Source: Cladosporium halotolerans
Taxonomy: Eukaryota
Length of the DNA stretch: 64,000 nt
Direction of reading: 5' to 3'
NCBI RefSeq assembly: GCF_011745625.1
Contig: NW_027191468.1
Location: 372,001 to 436,000 of the forward strand
The notes beneath the pieces were generated by a model, which did not search any database, had not been told where the DNA came from, and saw only the letters and a list, made by a program, of their open reading frames with translations. Positions 46,101-58,477 of this stretch are shown in pieces (the first letter of the stretch is position 1; each line of letters starts with the position of its first letter). Position numbers and translations under genes: made by a program.

Positions 46101-47362
46101 GATGTCGGTCTGGTTGTGAACGGTGACCAGGCCTTCGAGCTTGACTAGCGTCGACTGGTCAATGAGCGGCTTGGACTGCGGGTAAATCGCGTACGCCGCA
46201 TAGGCGTCCGTGACGGTCGCGATAGGCCTGGTCTTTTTTGTGACCTTGCGAGTGTCGTAGAACTTGATGTCTCCCTTAGGGATCTTGACAGTCCGGTCGT
46301 AGGCGCTCTTTTTGAGCGTCTTTTGCGCCTTTTGGAAATCTTTCTCGTCAGGCGGAGAGACCACGCACCAGCATCGCTTCCAAGGTGTTCCGGCGCCAAA
46401 CCTCACACGCGCCCAATCTTCGTGGGCGAATCTCGAGCGTTCCATGATCGTCTTGATGTTGTTAAGGAAGCGGCCTTTGCCGGCAATGAGAGAGCCGGTG
46501 TAGGCTTCTTGAAGCGTGGCGTGCTCAAACATGGCGAGCCTGATGCCAGCGGTCCATTGCGTGAGAGAGTTGTAAGAGTTAAAGTGCAAGAGATAGCGGT
46601 TGTTGGCGGCCGTGGAAATACTAAGCACATTCTGCAAACTGCCTCCCTGTGCTCCGCTCATGGGTAGAGATTCAATCTGCGTGGGGTTAGCATTCTGCAG
46701 CTAGAAAGCTCAGGCGTGACCCACCATTTTCAGCGACGCATCGCTCAGGTTAATAAATGTCGGCACCACTTCGCCATCCTCCCCTGCAGCGTCAAGTGCC
46801 GCGGCGTCCCAAAGCGACAGGACCGTGCCAACGAGCTGGGCGAAGCACTCAACCCATGTGCGCTCTGAGCTGGGCCTACCTCTTGAGTCAAGATCGTGGA
46901 GCTTAAGGAAGTAGCCCTCCTGGTAAAGCTTATTGCTGTGGCTGTTCAGGTAGCTGAAGATTGGTGCAAGCTCCGGCGGTGTGTCCTGCGCAACGTCCAC
47001 CTGAGGCGGCTGATAGGTCTGTATCATGCTTTCTGGCCGGACAGATGCCCTGCTGTCTGCCCTCGCTCTTGACGGTGTGCCTGGGGTGCTGGGGGCCGGG
47101 GAGCTCCTCGCGAGTTGGTCAACTTGGTGCGCAGCAGATTGCGATGTGGCGGTGTCGATGGCAGGCAAAGGGCGTCTCGACGGCGTCTGCTGGTCTTGCT
47201 GGGACTTCGAGAACCTGGTTGGTGAGTTTGGCCCAGAGTCGGAGTTGGGCGAGGACCAAGCGGTCATAAAGCTAAGCACTGCGGTGGTAGAAATGTTAGG
47301 ACAGCGCTCGAAAGGGCGGGAAGGAGGGTGTGAGACGGCGACGCACCTCTGGGTCTCGGCAT
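43199..47362 (-). CDS. PH-domain protein of the Skg3/Caf120 family; exons 47362-47347, 47278-46725, 46676-about 44877, then a +1-frame segment to 43199 (junction unresolved)
   Basis: KLYQEGYFLKLHDLD, WVECFAQLVGTVLSLWDA, LQEAYTGSLIAGKG, WARVRFGAGTPW and YAIYPQ. C-terminal LSAREQMHVARATGTPLL and GLVGAIGARERDK, then a Gln-rich tail. Introns 47346-47279 and 46724-46677 are canonical. Confidence 0.85.
43811..43969 (-). repeat. Intragenic duplication (two copies, about 90 bp period) encoding QLRKSM(T/S)KTPPPF...PSGDW
   Basis: Copies at about 43901-43969 and 43811-43885 are visible at both DNA and protein level, separated by a CAG/Gln run. Confidence 0.85.
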
Positions 47363-50300
47363 GTTGGCGAGGATTCCTGGGCCTTGAAGTCGCACAAAGA
47401 ACGTGCCAGGGAGCTACCCTAGACTGGCGGTATTTTTTCCCTGCCGCGTAACGGCACGTTCCAAGCTGGGCTGCTGCGCGGTGCGCGCCGAGGTGTGTTG
47501 CGAGGGCGGTGGAGGCGCGGCGAGCGATGTGTATGGAGGCAAGCGAGCGGTGGGCTGCGAGGCGATGGAACACGGCGTACAAGAAGCGAAGGAGGGAGAT
47601 GTTTGCAGGGCAAACCGGGCAGTGGACGGTGGACTACGTGCCGTGACTTGCGAGATGCTCCAGGTGATCGGCCGGCGGCAATGACGTGGGTGAACGCCTT
47701 CTCCAGAAACGCTCGGGACAGCGAACCGCTCAGTGCGGATCTCAGACAGTGCCGTGGGGAGCTGACACAATATATGTGGGGGCGACGAAAATTGCTGGAG
47801 GGCGTGTTGGCGCTGCGACACGATATACCGCGAGAGTCAGCAGGCGACGGGCGTGGATGGAAGTGTATGTGGTCTTGCCAGCCGCAGCAGTGCCGGCGCT
47901 CCCGGTGCTGGAGGTGCATTCGACCACGGTCCATCCTTGGCTCAGATCGTTCGTCTCTTAGCCGCTTAGCGCCACCGCCGGTCGACGAAGCCACGCCACG
48001 TCCAAGGGCAAGCTGACGTACCAGCCGGTCTCGGCATCATCGACGGCACTGCTATTTGTGTACGGGAGCCCATTTTCGCACGCGTGAATGCCATGTGCGC
48101 GGCGGCGGCTGTGCAAATGGTGGGTGCGTGCGTGGTATGGACGTGTCTCAGTGAGGGAGTCAGGCGGCCAGTGTAGAAGGCCATGTGCCTTATATGGAGT
48201 CGTGAGTTTCACATCTCATCAGATGCAGGCAACGCGGCAGTCCGATACGCTTCCGGCACTGACACGAGAGCGGCACTACCCTTGCTCCTAACCAACCTCG
48301 AGTGGGGTTTTAGTCCACCTATAGTCACCTCAGACAGCTCTTCGAGACCATAATCCGCTACAGCGGGGTTTGCTCGGTACAAACATTACCATGGCGATCT
48401 AATAAATCGCCTGCAGCAAATGACAGGATTTCTTCAGGAGGTCGCCTTTACACTACCAATCTTACTGCACTTCAAAAAGCAGGATGCTTCGATTTGAACA
48501 CCTCGTCAACAACACTCTCCATTCGTGATCGCGATCATTCGCCTTCTATGTTTCCGCCACCCCCTCGAACCCAACAGCCGAACAACCAACATATCCAGCC
48601 TCAGCAACTTCGCCAAAGTGCAGCCCTCGCTCCCCCATCCTCAACCTCTGCCAACCCACATCCCCACCATCCACCCGCCCACCGACCTCACCCACCTTAC
48701 CTTCCCGCTCCCCAAAAGCCCCGCCTCCTACCCCTTCGTCATCCCCTCCCACAGCGCCCACGGCCTCAGCAACTCCACCTAACGAGCCCGCTCTCCAGCC
48801 CTCCCGCCCCCTCCCTCCGAGCCACAACAGAACCCAGCGGCTGCTCCAGCGCAGCGCCATAGAGGCCAACACTGGCTCTTCGTTCGTTGGCCGGCTCGTC
48901 AGATCAGCGCCTACACACCGCAAGCTGCACCGCTGGCCTGCCCGTCGATCCGGCATCCCGGTGTTCGAAGGGCCCGCTGGGCTCTCGATGCCGCGATGGG
49001 ATGGTTCCGGAGGCCGCGCGAGGGGGTGCCGGAGGGAGTGGTGCGCTCGGACGGCGGTGTGGACGGGGAGGGGAGTTGTGGGGGGTTGGCGGACGGGGCG
49101 AATGCTGTGTGTGATTTGATGGATGGCTGTGAATGGGGGCTGGGCGATTGGTCCGAGTGAGTGAGTGAGTGGTTCCTTTGCTTCGTTTTGCTTTGCCTCA
49201 CCTTGGAGGGTTTGCTATGTCGTTTCGCCTTCGGAGGGGAAACGGAGCTGGTCTTGCTTTTGACGCTTTCTGGTTGGAAGCTGGCCGGAATGAATGAACA
49301 GTGGGCGAAGCGGCTTTCGTCTCCCCCGGATGCCTCACGGCCGCGGCTTGTGACGCCCGGCCTTCTCGTCGCCCGCGAGGTCTGTGTTGAGTCAGGTAGA
49401 TGAGATGCGGTTAAGGAAGTTGGTCGGGAGGTGGGTGGATTGGATGTGTCTGTTTTGCGGAGACGCTGTTTATCTACCTCGGACCTCTTCGGAGGAACAG
49501 AGTAATGGCTGATGTGACTGTCCAAGTCCAAGAGCTGAGGTTAGTCAGCGGACCTCCCACTTCTGCCTCTCCAGGGCCAATTACGGGCGTTACTCCCAAT
49601 CCCACTTGGAGGGGGATGACCATCTTGGTGGACAGGCCACATGCGCCGAGAGTCTAAATCACAGAAGGCTTCAGTCACGAGAGTGGTCGGTGATCGCTGG
49701 CTCATGGCGCCTATTGGTACCTGTCTACCGCCGCCAATTGGTGCGTGAGTGCAAGAGTAGACTTGTAGATTTCTCAGAGGCCGCCAAGGACAGGTGTGAG
49801 GGTGGCCGCCAATTGGTGCTCCTAGGTATATATCTCTACCGCTCCCTATTGTTATGAGACAAAGTGGTGTCGTTGTCAGAAGTTGAGATGTGTGAAATGG
49901 GGGGGTTTTCAGCACTTGTTAGAAGAAAGGGGAGAAAGAAGATGATACTTTGACCTGGTGAACAGAAGGAGTTTGTCGACATCAGCACTTCATCAGACAA
50001 ATATTCTTGTGAACTATGTCCGTCCCAGACAGCGTCCCTTTCTCCAAGTTCTCAAGGATGTGTGTTGTAACTCAAGAGTCGCCGTGATGTCCATGATACT
50101 TCCTGCTCAAGAATCAAATCCCTCGGCAAAACCACACGACCCCAGAGTCGTGTGTCACAGCAAGCCGTCAACCCATGCAGCCACGCCCAAAAGCATAGCC
50201 GTCGGGAACCCGCACCCTAGTAGACAGCGCGGTCACCCAAGCTCGGGTCGCACGGCATCGTTCAATCAAATCGATCAATCAAGCGATCAATCGATCGCGC

Positions 50301-51592
50301 ACCCCTGCAAGGCCAGATACACTTGCAACGTCCTCATCCGGCGGCCGACCGAGGGCAAAATCAGCGATCCCGCAATATCTCGCCCCAGCCGGGCCGCCCA
50401 AGATATCTGCGAAGATGTCCGCATGGATGTTATATGAAGCACGGGATATAGAGCGAGCGACGCCCTTCGCGCTGAACCCGCGGGCCGGGAAGCAGGTACG
50501 ACGGACGGCTTGCACAGTAGGGTTCGCCAGCTCGGTGGGAGGGGCGCACGGATGTGCCTGGTGATTATGGACAGGGATTGGGCGGCTGGCCGATATTGCG
50601 CGGGTGGCCTACGTGGGCGGCGCTTCGTGAGGAGGGCGATGGGACGCGGGCTGGCTGAAGAGCGACGACGTGCGCGGGCTGAGGGCAGCGTGGCAGATGG
50701 AGTCTGTCAGTGTTCCTCCCTTCACACCTCATGCACGAGGGCCGATCACTCTGCACGATGGACGTCGCCGGCCGGCTTGACAGCTGACGTTTCACTGCGC
50801 GCTGCGCGACAGGGGGCTGTGGACCGTGGGCTGATGTGCTGGGCGTGTGCCGCCATGATCACCGAACAGGATGCTGGCCATCCGATCCGCGCGCTGTGCG
50901 TAGACGAGGCGCCGCCGCTTTGGGTGGGCTAGAGCTGCAGACTCCCCTCTTCCGGCCAGCTCCCCTGGGTTCGCGTGCCTTAGCTTGGACGCGTCCGGTT
51001 TGCGGCCACAGGCGTCCACGGCGTGCTGCTGCGGGAAAGCATGTGATATGAGGCATGGCAGGCCGACGAGGAGAATGCTAGCGAGGTGCTGGAGGCCGAT
51101 GGGCTGATGTCCGGCCCAGCCCTACTGCGATATGTTTCACCACGGGCCGCGCGAGGAAAAAGTCAACGGGCGGCAGGCAGGTGGGCATCATCGGCGAGGC
51201 TTCCCATGGACATTCCCAAGCGAGAAGTCCCCGCAGGCGATCGCAGCGCAAAGCAGGTCAAGGTGGAACGGGGCAGCAAGGGCTGGCAGCGCCCGGCGCC
51301 CGGCAACGTGGTAGGCGGTCCGTGGGCGGGCTGGGCGCAGCAGGCGGGTGGGGCGCGCGGGCTGCCGAGCGCTGCCAAACGCCAGTCGCCGCGCAGAGGA
51401 GCGGCCGGGCCGCCAGCATCTGCTCAACAGACTTCAAGCCCGCAATGGATCTGTCGCCGCGCAAGCGAACGCCCGCTCTCGTGACTGGCGCGGCGCCGTG
51501 CCCTGGATGCGCTGGGAAGATTGCGAGGGCGCTGTTGCGCGGCGAGGAGGGCGCCACGGCCGGCGAGTGCTGCTCGTGTGCGCGCAAGACAT

Positions 51593-51686
51593 GCAGACTC
51601 CGTCACACGCTTGACGGCCGTGGCAGCACGGCCATGGCAGACTCCGTCACACGCTTGACCGTCGTGGCAGCACGGCCGTGGCAGAC
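51593..51686. repeat. 44-bp direct tandem duplication (two copies plus 6 bp) with an internal inverted repeat
   Basis: gcagactccgtcacacgcttgacggccgtggcagcacggccatg (51593-51636) versus gcagactccgtcacacgcttgaccgtcgtggcagcacggccgtg (51637-51680), three mismatches. Confidence 0.9.
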
Positions 51687-52545
51687 CGGCCAATGGCTCG
51701 GCGGAGGCGGCGTGTGGGCCTGCAAGCAGCGGCAGAGGCCAGACAGGCGTGACAGGACGGGCAGGCTCGGTGTCGAAAGAGTGGTAACTCATCGCACGGC
51801 CCGTGACAGCAAGCGCGCATGGCAGTACAGCAGTACGTGAGTAAGGCACCTAGTGGCAGCGAGACATCTCGACTCCTCCTCGGCCCAGCAGTCGGCGATC
51901 ACGGCCAGGTGAGGTCGCGCAGAGGCGAATCAAGACAGCGCCACCCTCCTCCCACGCTGGCTCGCCTTCCACCGCTCGCCAGGCGATCGGCGCTGCAGCT
52001 GCAACTGCCTCGATAAGCGTAGGCCACGGCTCCTCATCGCGGCCCCGGTGGCTCGCCTCGTCCATGCCATTGTGTACATTAAGATCCCATTGACATGCCC
52101 CTGCTCGACTCTCCCCTCCCGCCCTCATAACAGCACACTCTATCCCTCTACGCCTCAGCCCGCGGTTCACGCACGGCCTCGCCGGCTATACCTCCACTAT
52201 AACCCTGCCAGCCATATCCCGGACCACGTTCCATCCAGACGCTCCCGCTCCGGCTAGATCTCACACTAGTGCCACGCGTGGCGACCACCCCAGCGAATCC
52301 TGTCTATTCCACCAGCCCGGCAGCCTCTCTCACGCCTGCGACACCCTGGCCCTCGCCAAAACCCTCTCGCTGCTCTCTCTGGCGCGTGAGAAACATATAC
52401 CTCGCGCTCGCCCGTCTGTCGTAGACCCTCCACGTCCAATCCCACGCATCTGTCCTTCCAACACCGCCTCACTCACACCGGCGAGGCGTTGACCGTTGCA
52501 CCCGCTAGGCGACTTAGTGACACACGTGCGCCAAAGCCTTACAAC

Positions 52546-54039
52546 ATGGTCTACTCACTCACCTACCGTCGTCCCTCCCACGTCACCTCCTCCGGCGACT
52601 CCATCAATGGCGACCAAAAGCCTGAATCATACACGTCTGGCAGCTCTGGCAACAGTGCCGGCATCCCAGAGGCGTTGTCTTTTGACAATATCATCAACAA
52701 TGGCACTTGCCCAGTGCGTAGTACCTTAGAAACCATTCGCTGATCACACGACTTGCGACTAACCCACACTAACAGCCATGCACCGTTCGCGACTTCATGA
52801 ACTACCTCAAATACATTGAACACGCAGCGGAGAACCTCCAATTCTTCCTCTGGTACCATGACTACACCGCCAGATTCAACAACCTCAAGGAAAGCGAGCG
52901 TGCCCTCTCGCCAGAATGGACTCAAGCGCAGGCAGATGCCGAGGCACTCTCTGCAGTCCAGCAACAACGATCAAAGGCTGCCAACGTTGAGGCTCATTCG
53001 ATCCTGCAAGGCACAACCTTCGCGAGCAACAACGCCAGCAAGATCAACGAAAAGGGCGATCCCTTCCACACGCCACCCGCTTCCTCCTTCGACGAGCAGC
53101 GAGCCGTCGCTTCCGAATACGGCTCCTCCACCGGCGACGACACTCTCGTCAGCAGCGCAACAGCGCGCGGAATCGCCAGCCAGGCGTTCGGCGATGCGGG
53201 TATGAAATGGCAACCCTGTATGCTCCCCAATATACTTATCAAACCACATGATATATGCCCCCCACCAACCCCAAGGCCCCGAACTAACCCTCCCCGCCAC
53301 AGTCACAACCCAACCCTACCGCGACGAAATCTCCCGCATCATAACCGTCTACATCGCCGACAACTCCCCGCGCGAGCTCAACCTCTCCTCGCGCGAGAAG
53401 CAAGCGCTCCTGCACGCCCTGCAGAACACCACCCACCCCTCCGCCTTCCGCGACGTCGTCTCGACCGTCGAATACTCTCTTCGCCGCCAAGCCCACCCCA
53501 ACTTCATCCGCTGGGCCATCTGCAACGGCAACCGGCCCCGCGTCGTCTTCGCCCGCGGCCTGGGCGTCTTCACCATCGCCGCCGGCCTCCTCGCCGACCT
53601 CCTCATCACCCTCTCCTCCGCGCACCGCGCCTGGCGCGTCCTGCCCTTCCTCGGCTGGTTCATCGGCATCGCGACGCTCATCGCCGCCTGGAAGGGCATG
53701 TGCGTCGTGCTCCACGGCCTGCACCACCGCCACCTGCGGCCGTGGGAGCTGTTCGCGGACAGCACGGACGAAGCCACTCTCGTCGGCAGCGAGAAGGCGG
53801 CCTCGAACGACTCGCTCGCCAGCAGCGGCGCCAACTCCTTCGAGGACGAGCCCTGGGTGCCGCGGTACAAGAAGCGCAACGTCATCCGCAAGATCTTCGA
53901 CAGGCAGGTTTGGATCCAGGAGCCGGCCCTCAGGCAGATCCAGGACACGATTTTCCTGCAGAGTCTGCTGGGCGCGGCGGTGTTGAGCGCGATTTTCGTC
54001 GGTATCTTCTGCGCCGTGCCCAAGGGCAATTTATTTTAG
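52546..54039 (+). CDS. RGS-domain protein with C-terminal transmembrane helices (regulator of G-protein signalling); exons 52546-52713, 52776-53217, 53303-54039 (448 aa)
   Basis: FMNYLKYIEHAAENLQFFLW and YIADNSPRELNLS form a split RGS domain; three hydrophobic C-terminal segments; two canonical introns with ACTAAC branch sites. Confidence 0.88.
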
Positions 54040-55609
54040 ATGCTGTTGCCATTTGTGAATCTTTCGATTACTTCGCTTCTAACCGCACATACCTTTTGGA
54101 GGTGATAGCTTGACGGGATGAGATTTGAGGACGAGACTTGGGGGGAATGGACGGACACATCTTCTCTTTTTGCGCTTTGTTATTTTTTCTTCTAATTTTG
54201 ACGGGATCGACGAAGAAGAAACAACACGATCATGTACGGCTAATGTTCTCCCCTTTGAGGAAAGGCGAGAGAGGGAAGATCACACAGGACCTTTTTATTA
54301 AACTATGTAAAGGGGGTATACATCCTTCTTCTTGAGAATATAAGTAAGCACAACACTTCGACAACGCACCGTCCTCCTCTTGGGCCATACAGCGTACCTC
54401 GCTCTTTTCTGCCATACAGCACGGCGTCCAAACCCATCACTGAGTCCCGCGGCCTCTCTGCACAAATGCCCAGACGGTGGAGAAGCAAATCCGTGCCAGT
54501 CAAGGTGGCGCGGTACCACCCGGAGGCTCTTCGATTTTATACCAGGATCGCAGAATAGATCTCACGACCGAGACGCTTTCAGTTCTCTCTGACTTGCGTG
54601 CAGCCGACGCGCGCCGCTGATTGGTCGGCGGGCGGCGGGCGCTAGTGGGATGTCGCTTTTGGAGCGAACTCGAGTCACATTGTGACATTTTATACGATGG
54701 ATTCCATTTCATATATTCATCATGTATATGTTCGGTTTGTTCTCCTTTCCTGTCGAGGTCGCCGGCTCCCAGGACGGCAGGGGGGGTGTTTTTTTTTCTT
54801 TTTTTTTCCCCCGGTTTTCTCTCGTGGGTCAGGAGAAGAACAATTGATTTTGCTCCGATGAGTTCGTTGTTGTGCTTCTCGCTGGACAAAGTGTAGTTGG
54901 GCTGAAGAGGAAGGGGCTGCCGGAGAGTGAGTGTTTTCTGGACGCGATCTGACATTCGCGGGGATGGATCAACGAATGTATGGTCATCATTGAGAAACAC
55001 TGCAATTACGAGTTCGTTGGGAGTACGCTGCGGGCACTGTCATAGTTCAGAGATGACTGTGAATGGAAACACATGTATTGACTCTGCATAAGGTACAAGC
55101 ATCAATTGATCGATGAGCTCTCTCAGGTAAGGGCCAAACACCGGCTTTTGGGATGGCGTCCATTGCGGTCACACTTGGCTTTGAGCGAGGAATGGAGCAT
55201 GTTTGAACAAGAACGTTTTCGATTGCGCCGTTGGATATCTAGAGCAGACACGAAAGACTAAGTGAGCTCGAGCGCAGAGATCAAAAGTCAATGGGTGACT
55301 TGCGTGAAGACAAAAGCCAATGACAAGAGCTCAGAAAGCAAAGGAACGACCCATACTCCGTTCGCCTCGTCCATTTTTCAGCGGTGCGCTCCTGCGGTGC
55401 GCTCCTGCTGTGCGGAAGACAGAATAAGCGCTCGCTCGCTCGCTCTCTCGCTATGTATGAAGCTCAGATAACAAAAGCGCCGATAATAAAACCACCCATT
55501 TTTTGCCGTCCTGGAAGCGCCGCGCTAAAAGATACCCATTGAGAGGAAAACACCAGATCGTAAAGAGGAAACAATTTCGGGAGAAAGGGAAAAGCGACGG
55601 AAGCACCGC

Positions 55610-57709
55610 CTAGCTGCTCGTCGAAGCGCTGTCGACGAATGCCGGTCCAGCTTCCATCTGCTCTAGAAGCGACTCGTCACTGTCCGAATCATCGCTGTCG
55701 CTGTCATCGTCGCTGTCCTCGTCGCTGTAGCCATCCTCATCATCCTGCCTCATGCCGCGCGGGAGCTTCCACTCATTATAATCGCCGTCAACCCAGCGCT
55801 TGCTCTTAGGCAGATGGTACGGGTCGAACGGGAAGTACGCCTCGAGCTGGTGGTGGGCCTCGCCGGTCTTGCGGTCCCAAGCGGTCTCGCGGCGGCCGAT
55901 GTCGATGGCATGGCGGCCGCCGACGCCGTAGTAGCTGGCGGTCTGGCCGAGGCGGAGACGCTTGTTGCTCTCGAGGAGGGAGAGGACCTCGACGAGGCGG
56001 ACGTGGCGGGCGATGTTGGCAAACTCGGCAACGATGGCGGGAGAGCAGACCTTGAGCGGGTTGAGGCGCGAGAAGATATTGCGGGACAGAGTTTCTTTCA
56101 GGCCAGGGAGCCAGGCGAGGTCGCGGTGCTCGGCGAGGATGTCATCTTCGTTGTAGTCGTCGCCGTCGAGGTCGGGGTTGGCAGAGCCGACGACGAGGTC
56201 GCGCCAGCGGAAGCAGAAGATATAGAGCAGAGCCTGGGCGACGGCGTAGTAGATTGCGTATGAGCGTCTGTCGGGACCGCGGCAGTCGGGCTCGGCGCGC
56301 TTACGGATGGCGTCGAGGTACTCGCTGAGCGCGCAGACGACGTCTCGTACAGAGTGGCAGGAGATGTGAGCGGCTCGGGCGATGAAGCTTGCGAGGTATG
56401 CGACGGCGGTGATGCGCTGTGCTGGCATCCCATTGACGAAAGCCAGCTCGCCGCATCGGCGAGTGAACAGCGCGGTGTGCTCTTCGGAGGTCTGAGCGAA
56501 GTGGAAAAGTAGGAACTGAGCGTGCCGTGTGCGATTGGGAAGGATGAATGTGGTGAAGTGTGACAGCATCTGTTGGTAGGCCTCGTTGTACTCCGGGTCG
56601 GAGCCATCCTGAATAAGCGGTGCGTAGTACTCAAACAAGAGATCCAAGGTGCCGTCCATTTTGGCTACCTTCAGTCTCAGTTCTTTAAGGCGCTGCTCAT
56701 CCTCGGTCGATGTTTCCTCCGAGGAAGAGTCGGAGTCGCTGTCATCAGAGTCGTCGAGCTCGTTATCTCCGTCTTTGGAACTAGGCCTTTGGAGGAGACG
56801 CTCTTCGGACTCCTCCGCCAAATCCTCCAGGTCCTGCTGGATTTGCACGTCGACGCCAACAAGCCGTTGCATGATTAGAGCGAGAGCCTCAGACTTGAGC
56901 TCCTTCGCGTACTCAGCAAGCCTAAGCAGCTGCTTTTGGTATTGTATGTATGATCGTGTTGTCGCCAGGTCGTTGGGGAACCCCACTTTCAGGGTTTTCA
57001 TGAGAATGCCACTGGCTGATGGGACTTGTCTGAGGAGTGTCTTGATGGCAAGGTGCAGTCTCACGAACATCTGTGGTCTAGGTACGCAGTCTTCTCCGGG
57101 AAGACGGCCGAGGGATGCGGGCAGCTTGGCGAAGTTTGATACCAGTCTCTCCAGGATGGCTGGGATGTATTTGCTTTGTGCACTGGCTAGTGATACCAGG
57201 AAGCGGATGTAGAGACCAGCGAACACCTCGTCACGGCCAAGCCATGCAAGGTCAAGGACTGCAATGACCAGCTTGCCGCAGTCGCCTAGCGAACTCACGC
57301 GCGCCTCGAGCGCGAGGAGGTACTTTCTGAGCAGCTTGCCGCTGGGCGCGTCGCCCTCGGACGCATCTTGGTTCAGTAGCGCCACCAGCTTAGTGTACTG
57401 CGCGTCGTCTTTGGCATCAGGTGTCAAGGCTGAGGTAGCGAGGTGTCTCTCGATGCCAACTCTGACCTCCTCTTTCACAAGTTCGAAGCTCTTCTCACTC
57501 CAGTTTTCGTCCAGGATCTTGACGTCAACATTGGGGCTGAAGGCCACCTTGAGCTTCTTGGTGGCAGTAGACAGGCCGGCTTCGTCGTCGGTGTCCAGGT
57601 ATGAGCTGTCTCGTTTGAGACCCATAGTGGGTCTAGGCGGCGGTGGCATGGCTTTGGTAGTGGATGGTGGTTGCACGGCGGGCGGTGGCGCTGCGGCGAG
57701 AGAGACCAT
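55610..57709 (-). CDS. RRN3: RNA polymerase I transcription initiation factor Rrn3 (TIF-IA), 699 aa
   Basis: VDVQIQ followed by an acidic loop, KMDGTLDLLF, RHAQFLLF, AYLASFIARA, YAVAQALLYIFCFRW, LNPLKVC and AYFPFDPY. Confidence 0.96.
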   Translation of the reverse strand: MVSLAAAPPPAVQPPSTTKAMPPPPRPTMGLKRDSSYLDTDDEAGLSTATKKLKVAFSPNVDVKILDENWSEKSFELVKEEVRVGIERHLATSALTPDAKDDAQYTKLVALLNQDASEGDAPSGKLLRKYLLALEARVSSLGDCGKLVIAVLDLAWLGRDEVFAGLYIRFLVSLASAQSKYIPAILERLVSNFAKLPASLGRLPGEDCVPRPQMFVRLHLAIKTLLRQVPSASGILMKTLKVGFPNDLATTRSYIQYQKQLLRLAEYAKELKSEALALIMQRLVGVDVQIQQDLEDLAEESEERLLQRPSSKDGDNELDDSDDSDSDSSSEETSTEDEQRLKELRLKVAKMDGTLDLLFEYYAPLIQDGSDPEYNEAYQQMLSHFTTFILPNRTRHAQFLLFHFAQTSEEHTALFTRRCGELAFVNGMPAQRITAVAYLASFIARAAHISCHSVRDVVCALSEYLDAIRKRAEPDCRGPDRRSYAIYYAVAQALLYIFCFRWRDLVVGSANPDLDGDDYNEDDILAEHRDLAWLPGLKETLSRNIFSRLNPLKVCSPAIVAEFANIARHVRLVEVLSLLESNKRLRLGQTASYYGVGGRHAIDIGRRETAWDRKTGEAHHQLEAYFPFDPYHLPKSKRWVDGDYNEWKLPRGMRQDDEDGYSDEDSDDDSDSDDSDSDESLLEQMEAGPAFVDSASTSS

Positions 57710-58477
57710 GGTGGGCGTGGCCAGGGCGGGGATAGCGGGAGGTTGGAGAGGATGGATATGTCATTAGGTCTCGGGCGAGGTGGCTACGGAGGAGAGTACA
57801 GGACGTGCGTATGGGAGCGGCCCTGCGCGCTGGAGGGTTGGTGGGTTGGAGTGAAAAGTTCAGCGAGCGTCCGCTCGTGTGAGCGCTTGACTAGTGCGGT
57901 GGGAGTCGTCGCTAGCGAAAAAGCTTATTTCCCCGGATTCGCCGCGACAGAGAGAAGTGAGACCCTTGCGTTCGGCGCTCTCTTCGACCTCGCACACATC
58001 ACAAATAGAACTCTCACTTTTTCGAAAATTGATTGCGATAATCACTGTAGCGCAGCGAGAGACTCGAGGAATTTACAATGACTCGAATCCGTAATTTATA
58101 GAACAATGTCCGGTGATGTGAACCCAGAGGACTTTTGAGTTTTCTCTGTGCCGTGAATGGTGCATCGTCATGCTGCTGACGTGCAGAATCGCCTGATGAA
58201 TTGCCTGCAAGCGCCGTAGATCGAGTTTATGTCTATTGCTTTGAATAGTAAGCGATGAATTAAACCTACGAGATTCGTGTAGCAGGCCTGTATCATGTCA
58301 CTGCCGTCTCTGTGTTGTTTTCTCCAATCCCTTGCCGAGTCAAGACTTCGGGCGACGCACGCCGCGTTACTGGATCCTTGTCGACGTCACTTCTTGCCCT
58401 CAATCAACATACACGTGATACCCAACCCAACAAATTGTACTACACAATTTGTTACGGAACACAACGTCGTCAACATA

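Noticed and set aside
51593..51686. Palindromic direct repeats as a possible CRISPR-like array
   Set aside because: Only two adjacent copies, no spacers, no cas genes, eukaryotic context.
55381..55452. 13-bp tandem duplication (gcggtgcgctcct) and (CGCT)n run downstream of RRN3
   Set aside because: Ordinary slippage repeats in a 3' region with no evidence of function.
58295..58477. 61-codon in-frame N-terminal extension of PPE1
   Set aside because: Composition is UTR-like, and ATG 58478 better matches the expected PME-1 N-terminus. It cannot be fully excluded without TSS data.
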